Shown: positions 29,311 through 45,833, counted from the first letter of the stretch. The stretch: DNA of 64,000 nucleotides from Eledone cirrhosa (GCA_964016885.1 OZ024748.1:2914001-2978000); one strand, 5' to 3'. The notes: generated by a model not told the origin, from the letters alone. A program made the numbers and translations.

Positions 29311-29387
<77 letters not shown>

Positions 29388-29519
29388 ATATGTATGTATA
29401 TATATAATATATCTTCTACACATATATATTTTATATGTGTGTGTGTATATATATATATTGGGAGAAGAAATTATGTATATATATTATCAGATAATTCTAT
29501 GGACATGCTTTACTTTATA

Positions 29520-29617
<98 letters not shown>

Positions 29618-29971
29618 TTATACACATATATTTTATATGTACCTATATATATACATGTTAGGGAACAAGAATTAGTGTTGCATCATTTACATATTACATA
29701 CGTTTCACTGTCAATCAGCTCGGGGAACGATCTGTTAATAATCGAACCTGAATTTAGATCGGTAGCTCTCACCTTAACACTTATATATTCATATACATAT
29801 ACATATTATATATATACATATATATAATATATATATATATAAAATATATATTATATATCATATAATTCATACCTTAATACATATATATATATAATATACA
29901 TACATGTATATAATGTATATTATATATATATATATATAATATATTTTATATATCATATATTCATACCTATA

Positions 29972-30147
29972 TAGTAATAATAATAAATGTGAAGACTAAA
30001 CTCCAAAGAGGGCTCGATAAGGATAAATATATATATCAGATATGTAAGAACACTAGAGCAAATATTTATTAAAATAACAGATTAAAGTTTAAGCAAAGAA
30101 TCGCTGCTTTCACCCTTAACGGGATCTTCTGAAACTAACAAAGTCAA
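29972..30147 (-). mobile_element. Family E copy including HHR-like motif (CAGAAGA core)
   Basis: Minus strand: agttt-cagaaga-tcccgttaagggt-gaaa-gcag-cgattct-ttgc-tt-aaact (30136-30086). Confidence 0.7.
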
Positions 30148-30265
30148 TATATATATATACACACCTATATATATACAAAGTCAATATATATATATACACA
30201 CATGTATATATGCATATATATATTATATTATATTATATATCATATAAGTCATGCCTTAATACCTA

Positions 30266-30410
<145 letters not shown>

Positions 30411-30462
30411 CATATATATATATATATTTATTTGTGTGTGTGTGTATATATATATATTTATA

Positions 30463-30660
30463 TTAGAAAGTGAGGTATTTTTACAAAATGAAAAATAACC
30501 GAGGTGTCCTACACGAGTGAAAGTATAAAGAAAAAAAGATGAAATCGAAAATGCAACTGGAGTCTTATTTAAAAATATATATATTTATTTGGTTCCTTTA
30601 CCGGTTTCGCAGTTCTTCTGCTTTTCAAAAGTAGAGTTGAGATGGAGGGTCTGTGGTTTT

Positions 30661-30665
<5 letters not shown>
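30463..30665 (-). mobile_element. Family B copy
   Basis: Near identical to 17074-17258 plus reverse complement of the apex segment. Confidence 0.85.
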
Positions 30666-30706
<41 letters not shown>

Positions 30707-30787
30707 AAGTTAAATAAAAAGTCAAATGTTTAAAATTTAGCTTCGCGTTATTACTGCTATATATATACAACCAACATATACTCAAAA

Positions 30788-30851
<64 letters not shown>

Positions 30852-31142
30852 TGTACGTGTTGTGTATTTTATACATATATAAGTAAGATATAAATATATA
30901 TACATTTATATATATTTATATAATTCATATATATATATCTGTATGTTATATATGATATATAATATGTATATGATTTACATGCAATATAATATATATTTAT
31001 AAATATATACGTATTTGCATATATTTATCTGATATGCTTATTCCTGTAAGTTCGGCCTCCTGTTGGTTTTTAAATTAAGACTAGCATGCATATATATATA
31101 TATATAAGATATATGTATAGTTTGTATATATTACATAGGTGT

Positions 31143-31197
<55 letters not shown>

Positions 31198-31310
31198 CGT
31201 GTGTGCATGTGTGTGTGTATGTATATATATTGCATGATATATATTACATAATAGATTCCTTCATTGTTCAGAGCCGTTGCATGCATTTGCATATTTATTT
31301 ATATATTATG

Positions 31311-31345
<35 letters not shown>

Positions 31346-31422
31346 TGTATGTATTTATATACATGTTTGTAAGTATGTGTGTTTTTATGAGTGAGTGCAT
31401 GTGTGTATGTGTCTAAACGCAG

Positions 31423-31487
<65 letters not shown>

Positions 31488-31700
31488 GTATATATATATA
31501 TGTATATATTTATATATATATATATGTATATATTTATATTTATATATATGTTGTGTGTATTTATATATTTATATCTACATACATACATTGTTTATATATA
31601 TATACACATATATATATATATTGTATATATCATATTTGTTTAAGCAAAGAATCGCTGCTTTCACCCTTAACATCTGTATATATATATAGAGATATATATG

Positions 31701-31778
<78 letters not shown>

Positions 31779-31779
31779 C

Positions 31780-31916
<137 letters not shown>

Positions 31917-31917
31917 C

Positions 31918-32086
<169 letters not shown>

Positions 32087-32571
32087 TATATATATACATA
32101 TATATATATGTATATATGGCGTGTATTACCTATGTATGTATGTGAGTGTATGTGTGTGTGTGTGTAGAAAGACATATACGGAACCAGAGAAATATGGTCT
32201 CTCAAGTTACATAAACCGTTTAACCAATGAATGACATCCTACGGAAGTTTCGGCTCCCTATGTGGTTGGTGAATATGCTAGGAATAGCAGCCATATCTCA
32301 ACTGAAACAGTTATTACCGTCGTAAGAAATGACAGTTTTGTCGTCAGCATCTGGACTATAAAAACGTATATAGAAACGTGGTGGTAAAGTATGAGTGTAT
32401 ATATATATATTATAATATATACATTTACGAGTATATAATTCATATGGGTCTATATGTATACACACATAAATATATATATTTGTGTATATAGATATATATA
32501 TAGATATATATGTTTGTTGATGTAAATATATACATTTCCAATTATTAATAATATTCTTATTATTTCTACTG

Positions 32572-32615
<44 letters not shown>

Positions 32616-32690
32616 ATAATAATAAAATTGAAGACTAAAATATATATATATATATATATATATATAGTAATAATAATAAAATTGAAGACT

Positions 32691-32725
<35 letters not shown>

Positions 32726-32762
32726 GTATATATATATATATTTATTTACTTATATACATATG

Positions 32763-32811
<49 letters not shown>

Positions 32812-32821
32812 GTGTGTCTGC

Positions 32822-32899
<78 letters not shown>

Positions 32900-32909
32900 A
32901 CAGTGACAT

Positions 32910-33333
<424 letters not shown>

Positions 33334-33459
33334 ATATATATATTCTCGCTAATTCTCGCTAATTTATATTTGTATTTATATATATATATATATATATAGT
33401 TTTTACAGCCTTTCTTATGTTGAGAAAGAGAGCAGGAGAGAGAGAGAAGGAGAGAGAAT

Positions 33460-33549
<90 letters not shown>

Positions 33550-33605
33550 TATATATATATATTAATTCAAAATATTAACAAAATAGATATTCTTGTGATC
33601 AAGTA

Positions 33606-33672
33606 TATTTTATTATACATATTTCAGAGGTACTGAGTTAAGTTTAACAGTACGTCCTCATCAGATAAAATA
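33606..33672 (-). ncRNA. Type-I hammerhead ribozyme motif (family J)
   Basis: Minus strand: tattttat-CTGATGA-ggac-gtactg-ttaaacttaact-cagtac-ctct-GAAA-tatgta-TA-ataaaata; 8-bp perfect stem I. Confidence 0.8.
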
Positions 33673-33732
33673 GGATGATGCATGACATACCCTGACATAG
33701 TAGATGGTTAATATTCAGTCATGTGTAACTTT

Positions 33733-33802
<70 letters not shown>

Positions 33803-34212
33803 AATGGATATGTATGAATGTATGAATGAATATGTATTTATGTATATGTATATATATATATATGTATGTGTATATATATGTATGTGTATATATATATATA
33901 TATGTATATATGTATATGTATGTGTATATATATGTAAATATATGTATATATATAAATATGTATATGTATGTGTATATATACATTTATATATAAGTATGTA
34001 GACGTGTACAGACTTATACTTAAGTAACTGCCGTACTAAGAGTGAGAAATGAAATTTCGTTTCATTTTTTCCGTTTATACATTTATATATATATCTACAT
34101 ATATTTACATATACATATATATAAATATATGTTTATATGTATTTACATATGTCTATATATATACATACAAACATATACATACAAACATATATATATATAT
34201 ATATATATATAT

Positions 34213-34380
34213 GAAGATGAGGCATTTTTTCAATAACAACCGAGATGTCCTACACGAGTGAAAGTATTAGGAAAAGAAGTCGAAAATGCAACTGGAGTCT
34301 TTTTAAGAATATTTATTTGTTTCCTTCACCGGTTTCACAGTTCTTATGCTTTTCAAAAGTAGAATTGTGATGGAGGGTTG
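34213..34380 (-). mobile_element. Family B diverged copy
   Basis: ccgagatgtcctacacgagtgaaagt...ccggtttcacagttcttatgcttttcaaaagtag. Confidence 0.8.
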
Positions 34381-34544
34381 CGTAAGAACCCGGTGACATC
34401 TTCAGGTGTATATTGCGTAATAGACGTATACCAACGGAATGGTGGTAAACTTTAAGGAAACAAGCAGCATTTAAGTATGTGTGTGTATGTATATTTCTAT
34501 GTCTGTCTATATATTGTGTGTCAGTAGGTGTGTGTGTGTATGTA

Positions 34545-34578
34545 TATATCACCATGTCTATGTGTGTGTATTAGTCAA

Positions 34579-34609
<31 letters not shown>

Positions 34610-35925
34610 CTCACCATGTCTATATATGTGTGTATGTATATATATATCACCATGTCTATATATGTGTGTATGTATATATATATCACCATGTCTATATATG
34701 TGTATTAGTCTATATATATATCACCATGTCTATATATATATGTGTATTAGTCTATATATATATCACCATGTCTATATATATGTGTATTAGTCTATATATA
34801 TATCACCATGTCTATATATATGTGTATTAGTCTATATATATATCACCATGTCTATATTTATGTGTATTAGTCTATATATATATATCACCATGTCTATATA
34901 TATGTGTATTAGTCTATATATATATCACCATGTCTATATATATGTGTATTAGTCTATATATATATCACCATGTCTATATATATGTGTATTAGTCTATATA
35001 TATATCACCATGTCTATATTTATGTGTATTAGTCTATATATATATATCACCATGTCTATATATATGTGTATTAGTCTATATATATATCACCATGTCTATA
35101 TATGTGTATTAGTCTATATATATATCCCCATGTTTATATATATGTGTATTAGTCTATATATATATCACCATGTCTATATATATGTGTATTAGTCTATATA
35201 TATATCACCATGTCTATATATATGTGTATTAGTCTATATATATATATCCCCATGTCTATATATATGTGTATTAGTCTATATATATATCACCATGTCTATA
35301 TATATGTGTATTAGTCTATATATATATCACCATGTCTATATATATGTGTATTAGTCTATATATATATCACCATGTCTATATATATGTGTATTAGTCTATA
35401 TATATATCACCATGTCTATATATATGTGTATTAGTCTATATATATATCACCATGTCTATATATATGTGTATTAGTCTATATATATATCACCATGTCTATA
35501 TATATGTGTATTAGTCTATATATATATCCCCATGTCTATATATATGTGTATTAGTCTATATATATATCACCATGTCTATATATATGTGTATTAGTCTATA
35601 TATATATCACCATGTCTATATATATGTGTATTAGTCTATATATATATCCCCATGTCTATATATATGTGTATTAGTCTATATATATATCACCATGTCTATA
35701 TATATGTGTATTAGTCTATATATATATCACCATGTCTATATATATGTGTATTAGTCTATATATATATCACCATGTCTATATATATGTGTATTAGTCTATA
35801 TATATATATCACCATGTCTATATATATGTGTATTAGTCTATATATATATCACCATGTCTATATATATGTGTATTAGTCTATATATATATCCCCATGTCTA
35901 TATATATGTGTATTAGTCTATATAT
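34545..35925. repeat. 40-bp minisatellite (tcaccatgtctatatatatgtgtattagtctatatatata), about 34 copies
   Basis: Read directly. Confidence 0.97.
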
Positions 35926-36214
35926 ATATGTGTGTGTTGTGCGATGTTCAGGAGCCGTTGAATAATTTTAATATCAGTTTTATGTCTAATGTTTCTATAT
36001 TTGTTACATTTATGATAATGTTTATAGTGACAAGGCCGATTACTGTGTATATATATATATATTTGTATATACTAGTAGGTGTGTATATATATATACCATC
36101 TACACTACTAGGTGTGTATATATATACCAGCTACACTACTATGTGTGTATATATGTGTACATTTTATTCTACCACATAGTCATATTGTGTATATTCTCTA
36201 GGATATATGGTTCC

Positions 36215-36280
<66 letters not shown>

Positions 36281-36577
36281 AAATCCACCAATTAATGGTA
36301 GGGTCCAAGCCGTATGAAGAACTCAATGTAATCCGTAGAAGATGTCGTGAAGCAAAGTTTAAAATACAAAATTTTCAACGATATAATTCATTGGATACAG
36401 AGTCAAAAATAGAAATATTAAAACAATGAAATTAAACAAAAAACGGTTAATTCATAGTAAAACTCATTATTTTACGATCGTTTCTGGGCGGGGGGGACTC
36501 AGGAGAGTCAACGGCCATCCAATAAAGTTTTTTTTGTGTGTTTGTGGAATGAGAGACTCTTAGTCTTCATCAAGACA

Positions 36578-36879
36578 TCTCTCTAGGAGAAAGTCACTCT
36601 GATATAAACCCAGCGACTTCGTTTGTATCCAATGATGGAGACCAGTTCTACTTTTTGGGGGGTAAATGCATTCAATGTTCAGAGAGTGGGATTGGCTCCG
36701 TGCAAAGCCTTTTCTCACTTAAAAAAAGCTTCAAGCACAGGCATCGCTTGATACGTGACATTTTTTTGCTATGTATGGTATTGCTGGCCATAGGCAAGTC
36801 CCTAGCAGGACTAGGAAGCCTCGTTTTGATGCTGATGTTTAAGTATCAAGAGATGGCATTACTCGAAATCGAGTTTGCA

Positions 36880-36888
<9 letters not shown>
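36578..36888 (+). mobile_element. RTE-LINE-derived short element (5' UTR-like plus 3' end)
   Basis: ctaggagaaagtcactctgatataaacc and tactcgaaatcgagtttgcagcca(tc)(TA)n, paralogous to 58826-59236. Confidence 0.6.
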
Positions 36889-36958
<70 letters not shown>

Positions 36959-37046
36959 TATATATACCAACTCAGAGTATCTTCTTCTTCGCCGATTGGT
37001 AGGAGTAACAGCAGAACCCGTTCTGGATGTTGGTATTTTTTATGAC

Positions 37047-37080
<34 letters not shown>

Positions 37081-37492
37081 GTGATGGCGGTGACGGCGTT
37101 GGTATTAGCAACAACAGCAGTTCTGGATGTTATTGTTATTGTTGTTTTTTGGTTGATTTTGTAATGATGATGATGTTGATGATGATGATGCACGTGGTGG
37201 TGGTGGTGGTGGTGGTGGTGGTTGTGTTGGTTATTGGGTGGGGTGGTGGGGGTATTTTGTTTCTTGGTCTCAGTAAACAGATTGTCAGGAAGATCACCAA
37301 GGAAGGTTGTCACATCAAAGACACAGCAGACGATACCCTATATTTATGACCAAACAACAAAGAGTTAACTGTTTATATCTAGAAAAACCTCACTGGAAAT
37401 ATTGCCATTTTATTACCTCTACTTATATCTACATTTCTTCCACAATCTTCCGCCTGTCTACATGTTTAAGGTAATATATACATACAGAGATC

Positions 37493-37526
<34 letters not shown>

Positions 37527-37528
37527 CG

Positions 37529-37587
<59 letters not shown>

Positions 37588-37654
37588 ATATGTATGTGTG
37601 TTTGTGTGTGAAAGAGAGAGAGAGAGAGAGAGATAAAAAGATTGGGCGATAGTG

Positions 37655-37684
<30 letters not shown>

Positions 37685-37687
<3 letters not shown>

Positions 37688-37880
37688 GGAACGAGTAGGA
37701 CCCCGACGGCTGAGCTCAAGCCGTTTCGGCGGCTGATTCTGGACAGAATCAGCCGTCGAAACGGCTTGAGCTCAGCCGTCGGGGTCCTACTCGTTCCTAT
37801 TACCCACTCTACTACCCTAAGTATTGAGTACTTTGGTGCGTTATGGTCTACCTGGTTCCTTACCACATTTCCTTCGTTAT
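37685..37880. mobile_element. Family C near-perfect fold-back element
   Basis: 57-bp arms (37685-37741 / 37744-37800, one mismatch) followed by the family 3' tail. Confidence 0.9.
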
Positions 37881-38179
37881 ATATATGTATATATATATAT
37901 GTATAATTTATTTATTTATATATATATATATATAAAAGAGAGATAAAGACAGATATATACATATATGTGTTCAAATCGCAAGGGACCAGATTCGCTAGCG
38001 AACCTGGTCTCTTACGATTTGAACACATGTATGTATAAATCTGTGTTTATCTCTCTTTTATATTCAATTATATTACACGGCGCGGAAAAATCTCTTTCCT
38101 TGAGCTATTTAATTGTAAGAGACTATTTTGAGTTTATAACTCAATATATTTACTTCTGCGTTCACAGATTGATCTTTTT

Positions 38180-38252
38180 AGTTTCAGAAGATCCTGTTAA
38201 GGTTGAAAGCAGCGATTATTTGCTTAAACTTTAATCTGTTATTTTAATAAAT
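38180..38252 (+). mobile_element. Family E copy with HHR-like motif
   Basis: agttt-cagaaga-tcctgttaaggtt-gaaa-gcagcgattatttgc-tt-aaact. Confidence 0.65.
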
Positions 38253-38297
38253 ATATATATATATATTGTGTGTGTGTGGGGGGGGGGGGGGGGGTAT

Positions 38298-38341
<44 letters not shown>

Positions 38342-38342
38342 G

Positions 38343-38462
38343 TCGGGTTCAATCGGGGGTAATCACAGTAAGTAAGGTACTCAATACATTAGTAGAATGT
38401 AATGTTTAATATAGAAATGGTTTCTACAGGACTAGAACTGTTTCATTCGAAGGAAATCATCA
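38343..38462 (-). mobile_element. Family A diverged copy
   Basis: cgggttcaatcgggggtaatcacagtaagtaaggtactcaatac...ctagaactgtttcattc. Confidence 0.75.
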
Positions 38463-38530
38463 TATATACAGACAGGTACGCACATATACATACACACACA
38501 CATATATAAACTATGTATGTTTATGTGTGT

Positions 38531-38572
<42 letters not shown>

Positions 38573-38771
38573 GTGTATGTGTGTGTATTGTTAGAAATAC
38601 ACACGAGCCCGATAAAATGAGCTACCAGTCAACTACTGGGGTTGATATAATCAAACAAGATGATCCTGAGAGAAGACAGCGAAACTCTAAAGTAACAAGA
38701 CTCACTATTTACCCTTAATAAAATAAATATTTAAGCTCTGCTTCAGTGCCCAGTACTCTTTTCCCTCAACT

Positions 38772-38885
<114 letters not shown>

Positions 38886-38887
38886 TT

Positions 38888-39016
38888 ACGAGAAAAACCA
38901 CAAACCCTCCATTTCAATTCTACTTTTGAAAAGCATAAGAACTGTGAAACCGGTGAAGGAAACAAATAAATGTTCTTAAAAAGACTCCAGTTTGGAAAAA
39001 AAACTCATTTTCTAAT
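38888..39016 (+). mobile_element. Family B copy (internally deleted)
   Basis: ctacttttgaaaagcataagaactgtgaaaccggtgaaggaaacaaataaa. Confidence 0.75.
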
Positions 39017-39026
39017 ATATATACTG

Positions 39027-39098
<72 letters not shown>

Positions 39099-39381
39099 GG
39101 AATATCAGAAAACAAGAAACAAACGGTGGAGTAAATGTTACAAATATTATTAGTTCACACTTAGTGAGAGTGGGTGGTGTGGTTGCGACTTTTCGGGCAT
39201 AAGCCCTTCATCAAGAGAGGGGGGGGGGGCTCTGAGAAGGACTTCATATGTGTGCAAAAGGTTCAGTAAGTCCGAAGAACACTGGCGAGAGTACCAAGGT
39301 CAGAACTCGATGGCTGGGAAACATTTGTAACCGGGTTGAGCAATAAATCTCATATGTAACACCTCCACTTTGTTCTTATTA

Positions 39382-39544
39382 TAGAGGGTCGGACGCCATG
39401 CTTTGACGTATAGAGTTACGGCCCTTGCCATTCTGAGTTCAAATCCCACCGAGGTTAACTTTGCCTTTCATCCTTACGGGGTCGATAAAATAAAGTACCA
39501 GTAATGTACTGGGTAATTGCTGGCCTTGTGCCAAACGTAGAAAC

Positions 39545-39593
<49 letters not shown>

Positions 39594-40236
39594 GTATTAG
39601 GATTGGTGCTCTGAAATAGAGATGTATACATGAATGTATGTTTAATTTAAAACATTTAGAAGACCTTACACTATCAGTTTTAAAGTAGTGACTATGTCAC
39701 TTACTTATTTTCGGCGAAAGAAGGGAGAGAAGCTGACAGTCTGTTTCGCTACTGATCAGCTCAAGGTTCGATATGTATCGATCTAACCCGTCTCTGGAAT
39801 CAAAAGCGCGTCCGACCTCTGTGGTAGTAATGACGTCCTTGTTAACTTTGCCTTTCATCCTTACGGGGTCGATAAAATAAAGTACCAGTAATGTACTGGG
39901 ATAATTGCTGGCCTTGTGCCAAAAGTAGAAACAATTATTATATTATACTCTGTCTAGCTCTACACCTCGATACTGAAGTGAACCTAAACATGGAGTGCTC
40001 ACCCGGATGAACCTACAGTAACTCCAAGTTACACTCCCCGCAGAAACATAACCTTATTATGTAACAAGCTGTCTGATGATGTCACGACACTCGCACACAG
40101 AACAGTGTGGCCAGTGTCGTCATTGAAATATATATCACAGCATTATTATTAAAGGACTTTATTATTAAAGTACCAGTAATGCACTGGGTTGGGTAATTTG
40201 CTGGCCTTGTGTCTAAAGTAGAAACAATTATTATTA
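39382..40236 (+). mobile_element. Main-family SINE copies (39382-39550, 39840-39945, 40165-40236) interleaved with other elements
   Basis: Same central domain and tail as 14098. Confidence 0.8.
40068..40141 (+). ncRNA. Type-I hammerhead ribozyme motif
   Basis: gctgt-CTGATGA-tgtc-acgacact...agtgtcgt-catt-GAAA-tatata-TC-acagc; stem I 5 bp, stem II 8 bp or more, palindromic stem III, AUC triplet. Confidence 0.8.
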
Positions 40237-40273
40237 AAGGACTTGAACATCTGAAACTACTTCGCTTTTACTT

Positions 40274-40352
<79 letters not shown>

Positions 40353-40365
40353 GTGTATTTGTAAG

Positions 40366-40419
<54 letters not shown>

Positions 40420-40430
40420 ATATATATATA

Positions 40431-40486
<56 letters not shown>

Positions 40487-41191
40487 TAGTTACTTCGAAA
40501 CGGAATCTTGCTAATATATATATATATAGCAGCAAGACCATTAATCAACGAATCAATGAAGTACTCAATACATTTAAATATTCAGAGTCGATATATTTAT
40601 TAGGAACCAATCCAATCATGAGCTAAAACGTCTCGACTATATATAAGTGTGTGTGTGCGTGAGCGTGTGTGTGTGTGCGTGAGCGTGCGTGAGCGTGTGT
40701 GTGTGTGCGTGAGCGTGTGTGTGTGTGCGTGAGCGTGTGTGTGTGTGTGTGCATACGTGTATGTATGTGACGAATAGAAAATAGGTTTCTATTTCGATCT
40801 GCCCCTATTGCCCTTGAGAGTGACACCCCCCCCCCCCCCCCCGTCTCCTAAATAAGTAATTAATACCGTCACCACCTCCACCCCTGCCCCCCCCCCCCCC
40901 CCCCTCACCTTTATTAAACTTCTCTATATATTAATATGATAATAATGATAATAATTATTACGGTGATAACTATAACGATGACGATGACGATGATGATGAT
41001 GATGGTGGTGGTGGTGGTGGTGGTGGTGGTGATAATGAGGATGATGATGATGGTGATGGTGGTGGTGGTGGTGGTGGTGGTGGTGGTGGTGGTGGTGGTG
41101 GTGGTGGTAATGAGGATGATGGTGATGATGATGATATGCTTAATCTATATTAATATTGCATTGCACTACATGAGTGTGTTGAAATAACATA

Positions 41192-41290
<99 letters not shown>

Positions 41291-41420
41291 TACTTGTGTG
41301 TGTGTATTCACAAGAAATCTCGGGTAATATACCCGATGCCTCTCAAGACATGCATATATATATATATGTATATATATATTATATATATATATATACATAT
41401 ATATATATGTATATATATAT

Positions 41421-41451
<31 letters not shown>

Positions 41452-41463
41452 GTATATATATAT

Positions 41464-41496
<33 letters not shown>

Positions 41497-41644
41497 GTAT
41501 ATATATATATGTATATGTATATTATGTATATATATATGTATATATATATTATGTATATATATATATATTATGTATATAACATGTCTCTGAGTGCGTATAT
41601 ATGTTTAAATATATATGTCTGTGTGTGTGTGTGTGTGCGTTCAT

Positions 41645-41692
<48 letters not shown>

Positions 41693-41760
41693 TTATATAT
41701 GCATATATGTATTCTTTCTATACGTGTATTTCTGAAGAGCGAGAAAACTAATATATACAG

Positions 41761-41819
<59 letters not shown>

Positions 41820-42896
41820 TACACACACCACTCAAACGATTCCATTTACATTTACACACTTATACACCCATTTTCACATCTACATATATAATTAGACGTT
41901 TCTGGAAGAAAATTGTATTTTTATTTCATTCTTTTATATATTCTTTACAACAATCAAAGATAATTTGCCATAAATGTTCACTATATAGAATCTTCCTTGG
42001 TTCCTATCTTTGGGAGTTCTTTGAAATCCGCTCCTTGTCTCCGATGAAATGTTTTTCAGGGAATCTCTTCGATTAAAATTCCATACTTCCTGCATATTTC
42101 GGCAATAAAAGTAAAAAAAAATAATATAATTTTCCCTTCATGATTTGCATACAAAATCTATCGTCTGCTCTGTCGTTTTGTTACTCAACACCGCCATCTT
42201 TTTTCTCTCTTTTCTTTCCTTTAATTCATTCTTTCCTTCTATCTATCTTTCTTTCTTTCTCTCTCTCTTTCTTTCTCTCTCTCTTTCTTTCTTTTCTTTC
42301 TTTCTCTCTCTCCCTTCTCTTTCTTTCTCTCTTTCTTTCTCTCTTTCTTTCTCTCTTTCTTTCTCTCTCTTTCTTTCTCTCTCTCTTTCTTTCTTTCTTG
42401 CTTTCTCTCTCTCTCTCTCTCGCTCGCTCGCTCGCTTTCTTTCTTGCTTTCTTTCTCTTTCTCTCTTTCTCTCTCTTCTCTCTTTCTTTCCTTCTCTTTT
42501 CTCTCTTTCTTTCTGTTTTGTTTATTGTGTGTCCTTTTTTATTCCCATAAACATTTACATATCCTATTCTCATGTATGTATGTATATATGTGAGTGTGTG
42601 TATGTATGTTTGTATGTGTAAATGTATGCATGTATTTCTGTGTATTTATTTATGTGTGTTTCTGTGTGTGTGTGTGCAGGTATGCATGTATGCATGTGTG
42701 TATGTATGTGTGTATGTGTGTGTATGTATGCATAGGTGTCTATGCATGTATGTATATATGTATATATGCACGCATTTACGTATATATGTATCTATGTATA
42801 TGAGTATGCATGTATGTATATATGTTTGTATGCATGTATATATATATATCTATATATATATACATCTATGTATATGTGTTTGTATGCATGTATATA

Positions 42897-42972
42897 TATC
42901 AGGGATTCCTGATGATTTCTAAAGAATGAAACAGTTCTAGTCCTGTAGAATCTCATCTATATTAAAACTTCT
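42897..42972. mobile_element. Family A fragment in opposite orientation, followed by a 17-bp tandem repeat (aaacttctatatata)
   Basis: atcagggattcctgatgatttctaaagaatgaaacagttctagtcctgtagaatctcatctatattaaaac. Confidence 0.8.
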
Positions 42973-43051
42973 ATATATAAATCTTCTATATATAAAACTT
43001 CTATATATAAAACTTCTATATATAAAACTTCTATATATAAAACTTCTGAGG

Positions 43052-43160
43052 ATGAAAAACTCAGAGCTGTATGGGAGCATCCCAAAAGTCAGCTCAAAAG
43101 TGACACAGAGGAGACTGAGATTGGCTGGACATGCTCACCGACATCCAGAGTTGACATTAC
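43052..43160 (+). pseudogene. RTE-clade LINE ORF fragment (post-RT region)
   Basis: Translates MKNSELYGSIPKVSSKVTQRRLRLAGHAHRHPELTL, matching the N-ELY...RRL--AGH--R motif of RTE-type LINEs. Confidence 0.75.
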
Positions 43161-43162
43161 AA

Positions 43163-44282
43163 TATGTATACTATGTAAACACTACATGTATACTATGTAA
43201 ATACTACATGTATACAATGTAAACACTACATGTATACTATGTAAACACTACATGTATACAATGTAAACACTACATGTATACTATGTAAATACTACATGTA
43301 TACTATGTAAATACTACATGTATACTATGTAAACACTAGATGTATGCAATCTAAACATTACATGTATACTATGTAAACACTACATGTATACTATGTAAAC
43401 ACTACATGTATACTATGTAAATACTACATGTATACTATGTAAACACTACATGTATACTATGTAAACACTACATGTATACAATGTAAACACTACATGTATA
43501 CAATGTAAACACTACATGTATACTATGTAAACACTACATGTATACAATGTAAACACTACATGTATGCAATCTAAACACTACATGTATACTATGTAAACAC
43601 TACATGTATACTATGTAAACACTACATGTATACAATGTAAACACTACATGTATACTATGTAAACACTACACGTATGCAATCTAAACACTACATGTATACT
43701 ATGTAAACACTACATGTATACTATGTAAACACTACATGTATACTATGTAAACACTACATGTATGCAATATAAACACTACATGTATACTATGTAAACACTA
43801 CATGTATACTATGTAAACACTACATGTACACTATGTAAATACTATATGTATACAATGTAAACACTACATGTATACTATGTAAACACTACATGTATATAAT
43901 GTAAACACTACATGTATACTATGTAAATACTACATGTATACTATGTAAATACTACATGTATACAATGTAAATACTACATGTATACTATGTAAACACTACA
44001 TGTATACAATGTAAACACTACATGTATACTATGTAAACACTACATGTATACAATGTAAACACTACATGTATACTATGTAAACACTACATGTATACTATGT
44101 AAACACTACATGTATACAATGTAAACACTACATGTATACTATGTAAACACTACATGTATACTATGTAAACACTACATGTATGCAATCTAAACACTACATG
44201 TATACTATGTAAACACTACATGTATACTATGTAAACACTACATGTATGCAATCTAAACACTACATGTATACTATGTAAACAT
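43163..44282. repeat. 22-bp minisatellite (catgtatactatgtaaacacta), about 50 copies
   Basis: Read directly. Confidence 0.97.
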
Positions 44283-44591
44283 ATTACCCTTTCTCTCATT
44301 TCTATGTAACAACACCCCCCCCCCCCTAACACACACACACACTATAATGTTGTAACATGTGTTTGTAACGTCTCCTCCATCTGATGCTCGTGTGGCAAAT
44401 AAAAGAAACCATCATCATCATCCTCATCATCATCATCATCATTATTATTATTATGATTATCATCATCATCATCAAATATTTTTCAGTGAAATCACATTTG
44501 ATTTAATTCATTTTCTCCTCCAACATCAATAAAGGTTTTAAAAAACAATATATTTGAACAACAAAACTGAGAGAAATCAATTGAGAAGCAT

Positions 44592-45002
44592 CACAACCAC
44601 TAACAACAACAACAACACCACACCACCACCACACCACCACCACCACCGCCACTACCGCCACCGCCACCAACACCACCAACAACACCAACAACAACAACAC
44701 CACCACACCACCACCACCACCACCACCACACCACCACCACCACCAACACCACCACACCACCACACCATCACCACACCACCACCAACAACAACAAAACCAC
44801 CACCACCACAATACCACCACACCACCACCACACCACACCACACCACACCACACCACACCACACCACCACACCACACCACACCACCACCACACCACCACCA
44901 ACAACAACAACACCACCACCACCAACAACAACACCACCACCACCACCATCACCACACCACCACCACCAACAACAACACCACCACCACCAACAACAACACC
45001 AA
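44592..45002. repeat. (CAC/CAA/CACAC)n low-complexity repeat
   Basis: Read directly. Confidence 0.95.
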
Positions 45003-45242
45003 TATAATAGAGAATGTAATAAACCCAAGCTTATTACATTCTCTATGGTGGAGAGAAAAGAATTAAATGAAACAAAAATAAAAATAAAAATAAAAATAAA
45101 AATAAAAATAAAAAATATAAAATGAAATAATAAGAAATAAACAAAAATAAAGAACAACGATGATGGAACATAAAATATAGCAACACTGAAGATTATAAGG
45201 GAGAAGTGTGTGTATAGGTGTGTGTGTGAGTGATATATGTAA

Positions 45243-45352
<110 letters not shown>

Positions 45353-45471
45353 GTATGTATATATATATGTATGTATATATATATATATGTATATATATAT
45401 ATGTATATATATATGTATATATATATATGTATATATATATATGTATATATCTATATATGTATATATATGTG

Positions 45472-45503
<32 letters not shown>

Positions 45504-45545
45504 TGTATATATATGTATATATATATGTATATATATATATGTATA

Positions 45546-45620
<75 letters not shown>

Positions 45621-45645
45621 GTAAATATATATATGTATATATATG

Positions 45646-45709
<64 letters not shown>

Positions 45710-45790
45710 CATATATGTATATATATATATATATAATATATATGTCTGTGTGTGTGTGTGTACTCATATAAGTATATATATATGTATATA

Positions 45791-45833
<43 letters not shown>

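Noticed and set aside
34545-35925. CRISPR-like 40-bp array
   Set aside because: Pure tandem minisatellite with no spacers
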